Shown here: piece after piece, positions 1 through 9,640 of the stretch
Position numbering within the stretch: position 1 is the stretch's first letter
How the letters are laid out: each line of letters begins with the position of its first letter
Position numbers and translations under genes: made by a program
NCBI GenBank assembly: GCA_902633585.1
Contig: CACPGZ010000003.1
Coordinates: 12,484 to 76,483 of the forward strand
Source of the DNA: an uncultured Pelagibacteraceae bacterium
GTDB lineage: Bacteria > Pseudomonadota > Alphaproteobacteria > Pelagibacterales > Pelagibacteraceae
Reading direction: 5' to 3'
Length of the DNA stretch: 64,000 nt
Notes under the pieces: generated by a model
What the model saw: only the letters and a program-made list of their open reading frames with translations
What the model was told of the DNA's origin: nothing
The model's database searches: none

Positions 1-17
1 ATTTCAAGATGATTTAG

Positions 18-92
18 TGGTGCTTCGGGAAGGATTCGCACCTCCGACACAAGCCTTTTCAGGGCTCTGCTCTACTCCTGAGCTACCGAAGC
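18..92 (-). tRNA. tRNA-Phe (GAA)
   Basis: Reverse complement GCTTCGG...GAGCC-CTGAAAA-GGCTT...CCGAAGC-ACCA folds as a cloverleaf with anticodon GAA and encoded CCA; atypical T-loop TGCGAAT. Confidence 0.93.
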
Positions 93-98
93 ATAATA

Positions 99-314
99 TT
101 ATCCCCTAAAGATAATTCTCCCTTTAGTAAGATCATAAGGAGTCATTTCAACAGTCACCGCGTCGCCTTGAAGGACGCGTATCCTATTTTTCCTTAATTT
201 TCCCGCCGTATGAGCGGTCACTGTATGACCATTCTCTAATTGCACTCTAAACATTGCGTTCGGCAAGAGGTCTATAACTTTTCCTTTAAATTCGAGCAGA
301 TCTTGTTTAGACAA
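99..314 (-). CDS. infA: Translation initiation factor IF-1
   Basis: [14 protein letters not shown]...[29 protein letters not shown]-1 signature. Confidence 0.98.
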   Translation of the reverse strand: MSKQDLLEFKGKVIDLLPNAMFRVQLENGHTVTAHTAGKLRKNRIRVLQGDAVTVEMTPYDLTKGRIIFRG

Positions 315-316
315 TT

Positions 317-1600
317 TTATTTTCTCCTTATTCTTTTTTCTATGGATTTAGCATGTGCTTGTAATCCCTCAAAATTAGCGAAGTTTATAATTGATGGACC
401 AGTAGTTTCAATACCTTTTTTACTTAAGTTTATAAACGATATTTTTTTAATGAACTCAGAAACACTTAAACCACTTGAGTATTTAGCACTACCATTAACT
501 GGTAAAATATGATTTGTGCCTGGTAAACCATAATCAGTACAAGCCATAACAGCATATGTACCATAACATACTGAACCAGCATTCTTTATTTTTGGAATAT
601 AAGATTTATAGTTTTTGACATGTATCTCTAAGTGTTCAGGACTAATTTTATTTGATATTTCTATGATTTTTGTATCAGAGTTAACATACATAAGTATTCC
701 GTTTGACATTAAACTTTTTTGTGCAATTGAAGATCTTGGTATTTCCTTTAATTGTTTAAAAATCTCTTTTTTAGTTTGCTCTAAAATTTTTTGGTCTTTT
801 GAAATTAAAATACATTGAGCGAGTGGATCGTGCTCTGCTTGACCTATTAAGTCACTTGCGATCCATTCAGGATTTGATGTTTTGTCAGCAATTATCAGAA
901 TTTCTGAGGGTCCAGTCATTGCATCAATTCCAATATCTCCAAATACTTCTTTTTTAGCTGCAGCAACATAAGAATTACCCGGGCCTACAACTTTATTTAC
1001 TGGTTTAATTTTTTTTGTTCCATGGGCTACTGCCGCAATAGCTGAGGGACCACCAATAGAATAGATTTCTTTAATACCACATCTTCTTGCCGCATATAGT
1101 ACAGCAGGATTTTGATTTCCTTTATATCCAGGATTGATCATTACAATTCTTTTTACCTGAGCTACTATGGCTGGAATAGCAGACATTAAAACGCTAGACG
1201 GATACGAGGCTGTTGAACCAGGTACATATATTGCAACAGAATCAAGAGGTAAATGCTTATAATCAATTTTGTTATTGTATTTATCTTTATAGGAAATATT
1301 TTTGAACTTTTGCAGAGAGTGAAATTTATAAATCCTATCATATGCATCATCGATTATTTTTTTTACATTTTTATCTAAAGATTTAATTGAATTATTTATT
1401 TGCTTAGTAGATGGAACAATAATATTATTTTTATTAAATTTTCGTTCATATTTAAGCACAGCTTTATCACCATTTTTCTTTACATCATTAATAATCCTAG
1501 AAACAGAGACAGAGCTTGACTGAAGTTTTTTTCTTCTTTTTGAAAGGAAATTATCCAACAACTTATCGAAATTTCTTTGTTTAATATTTAATGTTAGCAT
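317..1600 (-). CDS. hisD: Histidinol dehydrogenase
   Basis: [35 protein letters not shown] and GTNHILP motifs. Confidence 0.96.
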   Translation of the reverse strand: MLTLNIKQRNFDKLLDNFLSKRRKKLQSSSVSVSRIINDVKKNGDKAVLKYERKFNKNNIIVPSTKQINNSIKSLDKNVKKIIDDAYDRIYKFHSLQKFKNISYKDKYNNKIDYKHLPLDSVAIYVPGSTASYPSSVLMSAIPAIVAQVKRIVMINPGYKGNQNPAVLYAARRCGIKEIYSIGGPSAIAAVAHGTKKIKPVNKVVGPGNSYVAAAKKEVFGDIGIDAMTGPSEILIIADKTSNPEWIASDLIGQAEHDPLAQCILISKDQKILEQTKKEIFKQLKEIPRSSIAQKSLMSNGILMYVNSDTKIIEISNKISPEHLEIHVKNYKSYIPKIKNAGSVCYGTYAVMACTDYGLPGTNHILPVNGSAKYSSGLSVSEFIKKISFINLSKKGIETTGPSIINFANFEGLQAHAKSIEKRIRRK

Positions 1601-1602
1601 AT

Positions 1603-1995
1603 TTATTTAATCTCATTTTGATCTTCTAACCTTACTTCAATTGTTTCTGTAGTCAAAACAATGTGACTATTGTTATCAAAAATCAGATTTATTTCATAAT
1701 CATCTTTATTTTTCAAATAGTCGATGCCAACTAAATTTAATATTTCTTGTTTATTTGCCTGATCAATGTTTTTAGATTTAACCTTATCAACAAAATCAAA
1801 TCTACAAATACTATTAATTTTCTTATTTGTTTGATCCGACTCAATTTTATTTCTCTCGATAGACAATAAAAAAACTTTGCTTGATGCTAAGTACTTAACA
1901 TTATCAACTTTAGTTTTTGAACCTGAAACACATGCTGAAATCATTTGTAATCCTTCTTGATCATTTGCAATAATTTTAGCTAGATATTTGCTCAC
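1603..1995 (-). CDS. DUF2948-family protein
   Basis: A.D.E.LQ.ISA N-terminus and E.IEVRLED C-terminus; conserved murA-DUF2948-hisD context in Alphaproteobacteria. Confidence 0.75.
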   Translation of the reverse strand: MSKYLAKIIANDQEGLQMISACVSGSKTKVDNVKYLASSKVFLLSIERNKIESDQTNKKINSICRFDFVDKVKSKNIDQANKQEILNLVGIDYLKNKDDYEINLIFDNNSHIVLTTETIEVRLEDQNEIK

Positions 1996-3254
1996 TTTTT
2001 TAACCTTTTTATTTTAACCCCAATTTTTTTTAATTTATGCTCAATATTTTCATAACCACGATCTAAATGATAAATCCTATTGATAATTGATTTGCCCCTA
2101 GAAACCATTGCTGCTAATACCAATGAAACTGATGCTCTTAAATCGCTAGACATTAATTCAGCACCTATAAATTTTGTATTTCCATAAATATAAGCTTTAT
2201 TATTCTTTACATCTATTTTTGCACCAAGTCTGCGCAGTTCTGCTACATGCATAAATCTATTTTCAAAAATGTTTTCAGTGATAGAGCTTTTTCCATTTGC
2301 TTTACACATTAAAACCATAAGTTGTGATTGTAAGTCAGTTGCGACTCCCGGATATTCTTTGGTTTTAATATTTTTGATAGATCTAATTTTTTCTGGACCT
2401 TTGATAAAAATTTTTTCTTTATGTGCTTTTATGTTTGCACCAAATCTTTTTAGCAATTCCAATTCCGTTTTAATAATTTTTGCATCAAAATTTAATATTT
2501 TTAAGTTCGCCTTTGCCAATGTTGCAGCTACACAAAAAGTTCCTGCCTCTATTCTATCAGACATCACAGAGTATTCTGTTGTATTTAAGGATTTTACACC
2601 CACAATTTTACATTTTCTTCCAATCCAAGAAATCTTTGCACCTGCTGAATTTAAAAATTTTGTCAGATCTTTTATTTCAGGTTCAATAGCACAATTTTTT
2701 AAAATGGTGGTGCCATTTGCTAAACAGGCAGCAATTATAGAATTTTCGGTGGCTCCGACACTTATTCTAGGAAACTTTATGATTGTTCCTTTTAATTTGC
2801 CTTTTGATTTTGCTAAAATATAACCATCTTTTAAAATATAGCTCATCCCAAGTTTTTTTAAGGAGTCTAAATGATAGTTTATTGGTCTTGCTCCAATTAG
2901 ACATCCCCCAGGTAAAGAAATTTTTGATTTAAAATACCTTGCTACTAAAGGACCTAACACCAAAATTGAACCTCTCATTGTTTTGACAAGTGAATAACTC
3001 GCAAAAGTTTTTAATTTTGTTTTATTATGTATTTTGGCAATTCTTCTATCTTTAGATAAGATAATTTTTGAGCCTAAGGATCTCAATAAATTTATCATTG
3101 TATTAATATCTTTTACTCTTGGTAAATTTTTTAAAACAATTGGTTTATTAAAAAGTAAAGTCGCTGCTAGAATTGGAAGTGAAGAATTTTTCGATCCTGA
3201 GATTTCAACCTCTCCCTTTATCCTGTTTGGGCCCTCTATATAAAACTTATCCAT
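1992..3254 (-). CDS. murA: UDP-N-acetylglucosamine 1-carboxyvinyltransferase
   Basis: GSKNS, LPGGCLIGARPI (catalytic Cys), SVGATEN, DRIEAGT, SDLRAS and HLDRGYE motifs. Confidence 0.98.
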   Translation of the reverse strand: MDKFYIEGPNRIKGEVEISGSKNSSLPILAATLLFNKPIVLKNLPRVKDINTMINLLRSLGSKIILSKDRRIAKIHNKTKLKTFASYSLVKTMRGSILVLGPLVARYFKSKISLPGGCLIGARPINYHLDSLKKLGMSYILKDGYILAKSKGKLKGTIIKFPRISVGATENSIIAACLANGTTILKNCAIEPEIKDLTKFLNSAGAKISWIGRKCKIVGVKSLNTTEYSVMSDRIEAGTFCVAATLAKANLKILNFDAKIIKTELELLKRFGANIKAHKEKIFIKGPEKIRSIKNIKTKEYPGVATDLQSQLMVLMCKANGKSSITENIFENRFMHVAELRRLGAKIDVKNNKAYIYGNTKFIGAELMSSDLRASVSLVLAAMVSRGKSIINRIYHLDRGYENIEHKLKKIGVKIKRLKK

Positions 3255-3257
3255 AAA

Positions 3258-3818
3258 TTATTTTTTAATTTTCGCTACCTGGATAGTAGTTTGACCCTGA
3301 TATTTCCCATTTTTAGACTTATATGTTGTATTCGGTTGTGTATCTGATTTAAAAAATAAAAATTGGGCAATACCCTCATTAGAATATATTTTAGCTGGAT
3401 TGGGCGTAGTATTGCTTAGTTCTATGACTATATTTCCCTCAAATTCATTTTCTATTGGTGTTACATTACAAATAATACCTGTTCGAGCATAAGTACTTTT
3501 TCCAACACAAATACATAAAACATCTTTTGGTATTCTGAAATACTCAACCGTTTTTGCTAAAACAAATGAATTAGGTGGAATTATACAATGAGGTCCTTTC
3601 CTTTCAACAAAATTATCATCAGAAAAATTTTTAGGGTCTACTAAAGAACTGTTTACATTGGTAAATATCCTGTATTCATCTGAGATCCTCACATCATAAC
3701 CCATGCTACTAAGGCCATAAGATATTTTTCCTTCAGAAACTTGATGATCTAAAAATGGTTCAATCATATTGTGTTCTTTACACATTTTTTTTATCCAAGA
3801 ATCAGGCTGGATAGACAT
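3258..3818 (-). CDS. dcd: dCTP deaminase
   Basis: ISYGLSS.GYDVR, GKSTYAR.GI, NVTP.E, ELSNTT, EGIAQ and KYQGQ motifs. Confidence 0.96.
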   Translation of the reverse strand: MSIQPDSWIKKMCKEHNMIEPFLDHQVSEGKISYGLSSMGYDVRISDEYRIFTNVNSSLVDPKNFSDDNFVERKGPHCIIPPNSFVLAKTVEYFRIPKDVLCICVGKSTYARTGIICNVTPIENEFEGNIVIELSNTTPNPAKIYSNEGIAQFLFFKSDTQPNTTYKSKNGKYQGQTTIQVAKIKK

Positions 3819-3919
3819 TATCTATTCTTCTTTTTATTTTTTTTTTGAAAAAGTTTTCTTTTTTTTAAATTTTTTTTAAGAGCAGAACTTAATCTCTCAT
3901 TTTTATCTTTAGAACTCAT
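3818..3919 (-). CDS. Small basic protein, 33 aa ([33 protein letters not shown]); not in ORF track
   Basis: Manual translation; ATGA overlap with the upstream ORF and TAATG overlap with dcd; the ERL..AL..NL..RK pattern resembles the small protein I recall upstream of dcd/murA in Alphaproteobacteria. Confidence 0.75.
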   Translation of the reverse strand: MSSKDKNERLSSALKKNLKKRKLFQKKNKKKNR

Positions 3920-4116
3920 TCCTTATCTGGATTAGTTAAAAAATCTAGAGTAATTGGTTTTGATGCATCTAAGACCTTATCTTTATCACTATCTTTTTTA
4001 ATTCCCTCTTTTGCCAAACGTTTTGCTTTTTTCTCTGCAAGCTTCTTCTCTCTTTTGGCTTGCTTTTCCATGAGCTTAGCACTTTTTGTTGATTTATAAT
4101 CGTAATGAATACCCAT
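3916..4116 (-). CDS. Hypothetical Lys-rich small protein (66 aa)
   Basis: First ORF of the coupled minus-strand run; charged helical composition; no recognisable family. Confidence 0.6.
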   Translation of the reverse strand: MGIHYDYKSTKSAKLMEKQAKREKKLAEKKAKRLAKEGIKKDSDKDKVLDASKPITLDFLTNPDKE

Positions 4117-4217
4117 AAATTTCTTCTATGATATATAAATCAAATTGACCAAAAAATTAAGGCAATAATTTGGAATAATTACAATATAATCAATTATAAA
4201 TTGATTTTAAATAGTCT

Positions 4218-4291
4218 GCCCTGATAGTTAAGTGGTATAACGTATCCATGGTAAGGATAAATCCTAAGTTCGATTCTTTGTCAGGGCACCA
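4218..4291 (+). tRNA. tRNA-Thr (GGT)
   Basis: GCCCTGA/TCAGGGC acceptor stem, TATCC-ATGGTAA-GGATA anticodon arm, TTCGATT T-loop, CCA end; one T-T mismatch in the T-stem. Confidence 0.92.
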
Positions 4292-4302
4292 TAAATAAAA
4301 AA

Positions 4303-5541
4303 ATGAAAAATACAATTAACGCGAATAAATATATTAATTTGTATATTTCAATATTATTTATCTTTAGTGTTTTTTATTTACACGGAAAATATAATGTTGG
4401 TAACGACTCTACAATTTCTGAATGGTTAATTAATTATGAGGGTGGGTTTACCAAAAGAGGATTAATCGGACAAATTATTATAAATTTAAGTGAATTACTT
4501 AATTACAGCCTAAGAAAGTCAATCTTTTTTTTTCAAATCTTTTCTATTGCTGCATATTACTTGCTATTAATAAATTTTTTAAGGTCAATTAAGTTTAATA
4601 AGATAATCTTATTAAGTATTTTTACTCCAATATTTCTTTTATATCCTGTGGCAGAAATTGAGGTCTTGGGAAGAAAAGAAGTTATTATTTTCTGCTTTTA
4701 TCTACTTTATCTTACGCTACAAAATTTCGGACAAAAAAATTATTTTAGAATATTTTTGCTGCCCTTGTTAATGCTTATATGGGAACCAGTCGTCTTTTTT
4801 TTTATTTTTTGGTTAGTAGTAGATTATATAGAGGGTGTTTTTGAAAAAAATTATAAATCATTAATAAGATATTTATTTTCTTTTATACCAGCTATTTCAA
4901 TAGGTATTTATATCGCCTTAAATCCAATTTCTGAAATTGACCATAAAAACATGGCTGTTTTTTTAAAAGATAATTTTAACGAAAATTGTTATATGTCATG
5001 TGCATTATTGTTAAGTAAATCTACAATTTATGATCAATTCAATACAAATTTTGGAATATTTAATATTGAAATATTTTTAAGATATTTTTTAATTATTCTA
5101 ATAGGTTTTGGACCTCTGTTCATAATGTTAAAATTTTCAAAATTTACAAAATTAAATTCTAAAATGTTACTATTTATAATTGTGCTACCAATAATTATCT
5201 TATTCATGATGATGTCGGATTGGGGTAGGATAGTAAACATATTCTACACTTTTTCTATTATTTCATTTTTATATCTTTATAAAAAAAAACTTGTGACCAT
5301 TAATAATGAAATTAAGGAAAATTTTTTTATTAAACTTTTAAATAAAAGATATATATATACGGTTTTTTTTATAATATTTTGTTTTGGCTGGAATCCAAAA
5401 ACTAGTCTAACTGGAGATATTGGAACAAATCCATTATGGAAAATTCCATACAATGCAAGTAAAAAAATATTGGGGTTTAATAGTTTGAGGTTATTTCAAG
5501 ATAATAAAATCATTGAATGGCACAAACAATACGTTGAGTAG
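4303..5541 (+). CDS. Polytopic membrane protein of unknown function (possibly GT-C-like)
   Basis: About 10 hydrophobic segments; polar loop WLINYEGGFTKRGLIG after TM1; GRKE and DWGR motifs. Confidence 0.7.
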   Translation: MKNTINANKYINLYISILFIFSVFYLHGKYNVGNDSTISEWLINYEGGFTKRGLIGQIIINLSELLNYSLRKSIFFFQIFSIAAYYLLLINFLRSIKFNKIILLSIFTPIFLLYPVAEIEVLGRKEVIIFCFYLLYLTLQNFGQKNYFRIFLLPLLMLIWEPVVFFFIFWLVVDYIEGVFEKNYKSLIRYLFSFIPAISIGIYIALNPISEIDHKNMAVFLKDNFNENCYMSCALLLSKSTIYDQFNTNFGIFNIEIFLRYFLIILIGFGPLFIMLKFSKFTKLNSKMLLFIIVLPIIILFMMMSDWGRIVNIFYTFSIISFLYLYKKKLVTINNEIKENFFIKLLNKRYIYTVFFIIFCFGWNPKTSLTGDIGTNPLWKIPYNASKKILGFNSLRLFQDNKIIEWHKQYVE

Positions 5542-5542
5542 A

Positions 5543-6265
5543 TTATTTTTTATAAAATACTCTTCTACCAATAATACTTAGTAACACTAAAATAAAAAAT
5601 CCAAGCAAAGGCATATAAATTTCAGAGGATAATATTAATTCTAAAAATCCTGGTGCTTCTAAATTTCTATCAATTAATTTTTCTATACCATTTCCAATCG
5701 ATACCGCTAAAAATATTTGTGGAATGATACCAATTAATGTTGCAAAGAAAAAATTCACAGTTTTAACATCAAAAATTGTTGGCAATAGACAACTAATTTG
5801 CCAAGGGATGCCCCCTATAAATCGATAAACTAAAAGATAAATAAATTCTGATTTTTTAAATTTTATTTCAAGATTTTGATATTTGCTTAAAAATTTTTCC
5901 CTTATTAGATCTTTAAGAAAATAATTTCCAAAAATATATAAAAAAGTAGCCCCTATACTTAAGCCTAAAACTACAACTACAGTACCAATCCATTTACCCA
6001 AAATAAAGCCACCCATTAAAGCTACTGGAGATCCAAATCCCAAAAAAGGAAATACCCATAATATTGTTAATAATAAAAAAACTGTTGATACAAGAAATAA
6101 ATTTGCATTTCTAAGATCTACAAAATAAAGCCTGTTGTTTTTTATGAAATCATAAGATGTTATTTCTTGAAGACTAAATTTTGAAAAAAATAATAATAAA
6201 AATATCATCAATAATACTAGGTAAGATAAACCTATAAATATTTTAATTTTTTTAGTTTTTTCCAT
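5543..6265 (-). CDS. TVP38/TMEM64 (VTT/DedA-superfamily) membrane protein
   Basis: GGFILG...G.....SIGAT..Y..G, RF.GGIP and F..ATLIGIIP pattern. Confidence 0.85.
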   Translation of the reverse strand: MEKTKKIKIFIGLSYLVLLMIFLLLFFSKFSLQEITSYDFIKNNRLYFVDLRNANLFLVSTVFLLLTILWVFPFLGFGSPVALMGGFILGKWIGTVVVVLGLSIGATFLYIFGNYFLKDLIREKFLSKYQNLEIKFKKSEFIYLLVYRFIGGIPWQISCLLPTIFDVKTVNFFFATLIGIIPQIFLAVSIGNGIEKLIDRNLEAPGFLELILSSEIYMPLLGFFILVLLSIIGRRVFYKK

Positions 6266-6296
6266 GATTAGCTACAGTATTTATAAAATCTTATAT

Positions 6297-6325
6297 TTGC
6301 TATTTATATATTTAATTACTATAAA
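6297..6325 (+). promoter_or_regulatory. Putative sigma70 promoter for the rpmH operon (TTGCTA-N17-TATAAA)
   Basis: Hexamers with exact 17-nt spacing, ending 33 nt upstream of the rpmH ATG. Confidence 0.5.
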
Positions 6326-6358
6326 GATCGAAATTTTTAATAAATTTAATTCACTTTT

Positions 6359-6499
6359 ATGAAAAGAACTTATCAACCCTCTAAAATCAAAAGAGCTAGA
6401 AAACACGGTTTTCGATCCAAAATGAAAACTAAGGGTGGTAAAAAACTTCTAGCCAGACGAAGGGCAAGAGGCAGAAAATCTTTAACTGTTTCTGGTTAA
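6359..6499 (+). CDS. rpmH: 50S ribosomal protein L34 (46 aa; not in ORF track)
   Basis: Manual translation [46 protein letters not shown]; directly upstream of rnpA. Confidence 0.98.
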   Translation: MKRTYQPSKIKRARKHGFRSKMKTKGGKKLLARRRARGRKSLTVSG

Positions 6500-6502
6500 T
6501 CG

Positions 6503-6847
6503 ATGAAAAGCAAAATACTTGCTCTTTCAAAAAGCGAGGAATTTAGAAAATTACTTCAGCAACATAAAGTGTCGAATAAATACGTCACAATTTTTTTTGG
6601 TTATCTAAATGATAAAAATAAAAATAGATTGAATATTTCATTTGTAACGAAAAAAAAAATCGGAAATGCTGTAAAAAGGAATAAAATAAAAAGACGACTT
6701 AGAAACATAATGACTGATGCATTTAAAAAAATATCAATAAATTTACATTATTCATATCTTGTTATTGCTAAGCCAACTATGCTAAATAATGAATTTAAAT
6801 TAATAAAAGAAACCTTATTCCAAGAATTTGATAAAATAAAAAAATGA
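6503..6847 (+). CDS. rnpA: Ribonuclease P protein component
   Basis: [18 protein letters not shown] motif; rpmH-rnpA-yidD-yidC synteny. Confidence 0.95.
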   Translation: MKSKILALSKSEEFRKLLQQHKVSNKYVTIFFGYLNDKNKNRLNISFVTKKKIGNAVKRNKIKRRLRNIMTDAFKKISINLHYSYLVIAKPTMLNNEFKLIKETLFQEFDKIKK

Positions 6848-7083
6848 ATATTTTTACATACATCTTGATCAAATTTATTAAAATTTACAAATATTTGATA
6901 AGTCCTTTGATTGGTCCCTCGTGCAGATATCTTCCAACTTGCTCTGAATATAGCATTGAAGCCTTAAAAACTTATGGTCTCTTAAAAGGTCTGTTCCTTA
7001 GTTTCAGAAGAATCATGTCTTGCCATCCGTGGGGAAACAGTGGATTTGATCCTGTTAAAAAACAAGTAAGAGTGAAAAAATAA
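6844..7083 (+). CDS. yidD: Membrane protein insertion efficiency factor
   Basis: [10 protein letters not shown] and [14 protein letters not shown] motifs. Confidence 0.96.
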   Translation: MNIFTYILIKFIKIYKYLISPLIGPSCRYLPTCSEYSIEALKTYGLLKGLFLSFRRIMSCHPWGNSGFDPVKKQVRVKK

Positions 7084-8762
7084 TGGACTCAAAAAATACA
7101 ATAGCAGCTATAGCATTATCCTCTGCGGTAATTGTTTTATACTCATTATTTTTTATTCCTGAAAAATCGACAACAGATCCAAATCTAGTTGATAAACAAA
7201 AGGTTGAACAAAGTACTGATACACCAAAATTAGAGCAAAAAGAAACTTTAATTGAAATTTCGAGAAAAGACGCTTTAATTGAAAGCGAAAGAGTTGAATT
7301 TGAAAATCCTAATATAATTGGCTCGATATCCTTAAAAGGTGCAGCAATAGACGATCTAACTTTTAAAAATTATAATATTGAGCTTGAAGGTGATGAGAAA
7401 ATAACACTATTAGGGCCAAGAAATATTAAAGAAGGTTATCTAATCGAAAGTGGATTTGTAACATCAGATAAAAATATAGATATTCCCACATCAGAGTCTA
7501 TCTGGTCTATAAAAGGAAATAAAAAATTAACTGAAAATTCCTCAATTAAATTATCTTGGACTAATGATCAAGGAATTACCTTTGAAAAAGAAATTTCTTT
7601 AGATGACAAATATCTATTTTCAATCAAACAACGTGTTATTAACGAAACAAGTGGTAAATATGACTTTTATTCTTATGGTCAAATTATAAGGAATGAAATC
7701 CCAGACATTATAGACTTTTTAATTCTTCATGAGGGTTTAATTGCAACTTTAGACGATGAGTTAATTGAGGAAGATTATGACGATATTCAAGAAAAAAAGT
7801 TTACAAGGAATTCTAAAAAAGGTTGGTTAGGTATAAGTGATAAATATTGGATTACATCATTAATACCTCCAAAAAATAAAGAATTTAAAACAACCTTTGA
7901 TTATAAAGATAAATTTAGAGCCAATTTTATTTCAACAGCACCACTCGAATTAAGTCCAAATAGCTCTATTGAAGAAAATTTACAAATAATAGTTGCTGCT
8001 AAAAGAGTAGACGTTATTGATGGTTATGCAAAAAGTTTAGCCATAGATAAATTTGACTTGGTTATTGATTGGGGGTTTTTATATTTCATAACAAAACCTT
8101 TGTTTTTTGGTATTGATTATTTTTTTAAATTACTTGGTAATTATGGATTAGCAATTATAGCTATAACAATTTGTATTCGATTGGTTTTCTTTCCTTTGGC
8201 AAATTTTTCTTTTAGAAGCATGGCAAAAATGAAGGCGCTCACTCCAGAAATGACAAGATTAAAAGAACTTCATAAAAATGATAAAATGAAATTACAACAA
8301 GAAATGATGGCTCTTTATAAAAAAGAAAAAGTCAACCCAATGTCGGGATGTCTTCCGATTCTCGTTCAAATACCTGTATTTTTTGCTTTGTATAAAGTTT
8401 TATTCGTTACAATAGAAATGAGACATATGCCTTTTTATGGATGGATACATGACTTAAGTGAACGTGACCCTACAAGTATATTCAATCTTTTTGGCCTGCT
8501 ACCTTATGATGTGCCTGCTTTTTTGATGATTGGTGCTTGGCCAGTTGCAATGGGAGTTTCTATGTGGATACAACAGAAATTAAATCCTGCTCCTACTGAT
8601 CCTATGCAGGCTAAAATATTTATGTTCTTTCCACTTTTTTTGACTGTAATATTAGCACCCTTTCCTAGTGGTTTAGTAATTTACTGGACTGTAAATAATA
8701 TTCTAACTATGGCCCAACAAATATTCATTATGAAAAGAACAACAATTAAGACTGTCACTTAA
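7083..8762 (+). CDS. yidC: Membrane protein insertase YidC
   Basis: IDWGFLYFITKP, GNYGLAII, NPMSGCLPILVQIPVFFALY and GLVIYWTVNN motifs. Confidence 0.98.
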   Translation: MDSKNTIAAIALSSAVIVLYSLFFIPEKSTTDPNLVDKQKVEQSTDTPKLEQKETLIEISRKDALIESERVEFENPNIIGSISLKGAAIDDLTFKNYNIELEGDEKITLLGPRNIKEGYLIESGFVTSDKNIDIPTSESIWSIKGNKKLTENSSIKLSWTNDQGITFEKEISLDDKYLFSIKQRVINETSGKYDFYSYGQIIRNEIPDIIDFLILHEGLIATLDDELIEEDYDDIQEKKFTRNSKKGWLGISDKYWITSLIPPKNKEFKTTFDYKDKFRANFISTAPLELSPNSSIEENLQIIVAAKRVDVIDGYAKSLAIDKFDLVIDWGFLYFITKPLFFGIDYFFKLLGNYGLAIIAITICIRLVFFPLANFSFRSMAKMKALTPEMTRLKELHKNDKMKLQQEMMALYKKEKVNPMSGCLPILVQIPVFFALYKVLFVTIEMRHMPFYGWIHDLSERDPTSIFNLFGLLPYDVPAFLMIGAWPVAMGVSMWIQQKLNPAPTDPMQAKIFMFFPLFLTVILAPFPSGLVIYWTVNNILTMAQQIFIMKRTTIKTVT

Positions 8763-8791
8763 AAAATTAATTATCATACAACAATAAATAA

Positions 8792-9640
8792 ATGGATTTA
8801 AAAAAAATACTTCCCGAAGATGGTCCACCAATAAATGAGGTTTCAAAATACATAGAAAAATATAAACATGACCTCATCGTAATAAAATATGGAGGAAATG
8901 TTTTTATAGATAGGAAAATCTTTGATAATTTTATAACAGATATAAATATACTAAATGAATTAGGTATTTCTTTCGCAGTTGTTCATGGAGGGGGTCCTAG
9001 AATAAAAAGGGAGCTAGAAAAATCAAATATTCAATCAAAATTTATCAGAGGTTTAAGGGTGACAGACGAAAAAATTATCAACATCGTTGAGTCAGTTTTA
9101 ATTGATTTTAATAATGATATTGTTGACTCTTTGAAAAAGTTTGGAACTGATGCTGTCTCAATTCATACAAAAAAAAATAATATCATTGAGGTAACTCCAG
9201 AGGCTAAAGAACTTGGTTTTGTGGGGATACCAAAGAAAATCCATAACAGTCTAATAGAGAAAATAATTGCTCAAAAACAAGTCCCAATAATTTCACCATT
9301 AGGTTTAGGAAATGACAATCATACATATAATATCAATGGAGATACTGCAGCAGGTGCTATTGCAAAGTCATTAAAATCAAGAAGATTGCTATTAATGACT
9401 AACGTTGAAGGAGTTTTAGATAAAAACAAAAAACTAATTGATGAAATCTCTTCATCAGAAATTTTAAAAATGATTGAGGATAATACTATTACTGAAGGTA
9501 TGATTCCTAAAATTAATACTTGTTTAGATGCAGTCAATAATGGAGTGACAGCAGTTGGAATAATTGATGGTAGAAAGCAACACTCTATATTATTTGAAAT
9601 TTTTTCCGATAAGGGCTCTGGGACTTTGATAAGAAAATGA
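8792..9640 (+). CDS. argB: Acetylglutamate kinase
   Basis: VIKYGGN, VVHGGGP, GLRVTD, NINGDTAA and GMIPKI motifs. Confidence 0.97.
   Translation: MDLKKILPEDGPPINEVSKYIEKYKHDLIVIKYGGNVFIDRKIFDNFITDINILNELGISFAVVHGGGPRIKRELEKSNIQSKFIRGLRVTDEKIINIVESVLIDFNNDIVDSLKKFGTDAVSIHTKKNNIIEVTPEAKELGFVGIPKKIHNSLIEKIIAQKQVPIISPLGLGNDNHTYNINGDTAAGAIAKSLKSRRLLLMTNVEGVLDKNKKLIDEISSSEILKMIEDNTITEGMIPKINTCLDAVNNGVTAVGIIDGRKQHSILFEIFSDKGSGTLIRK

Noticed and set aside
4188-4206. Inverted repeat AATCAATT-ATA-AATTGATT upstream of tRNA-Thr
   Set aside because: Almost all A/T, so likely by chance at this base composition
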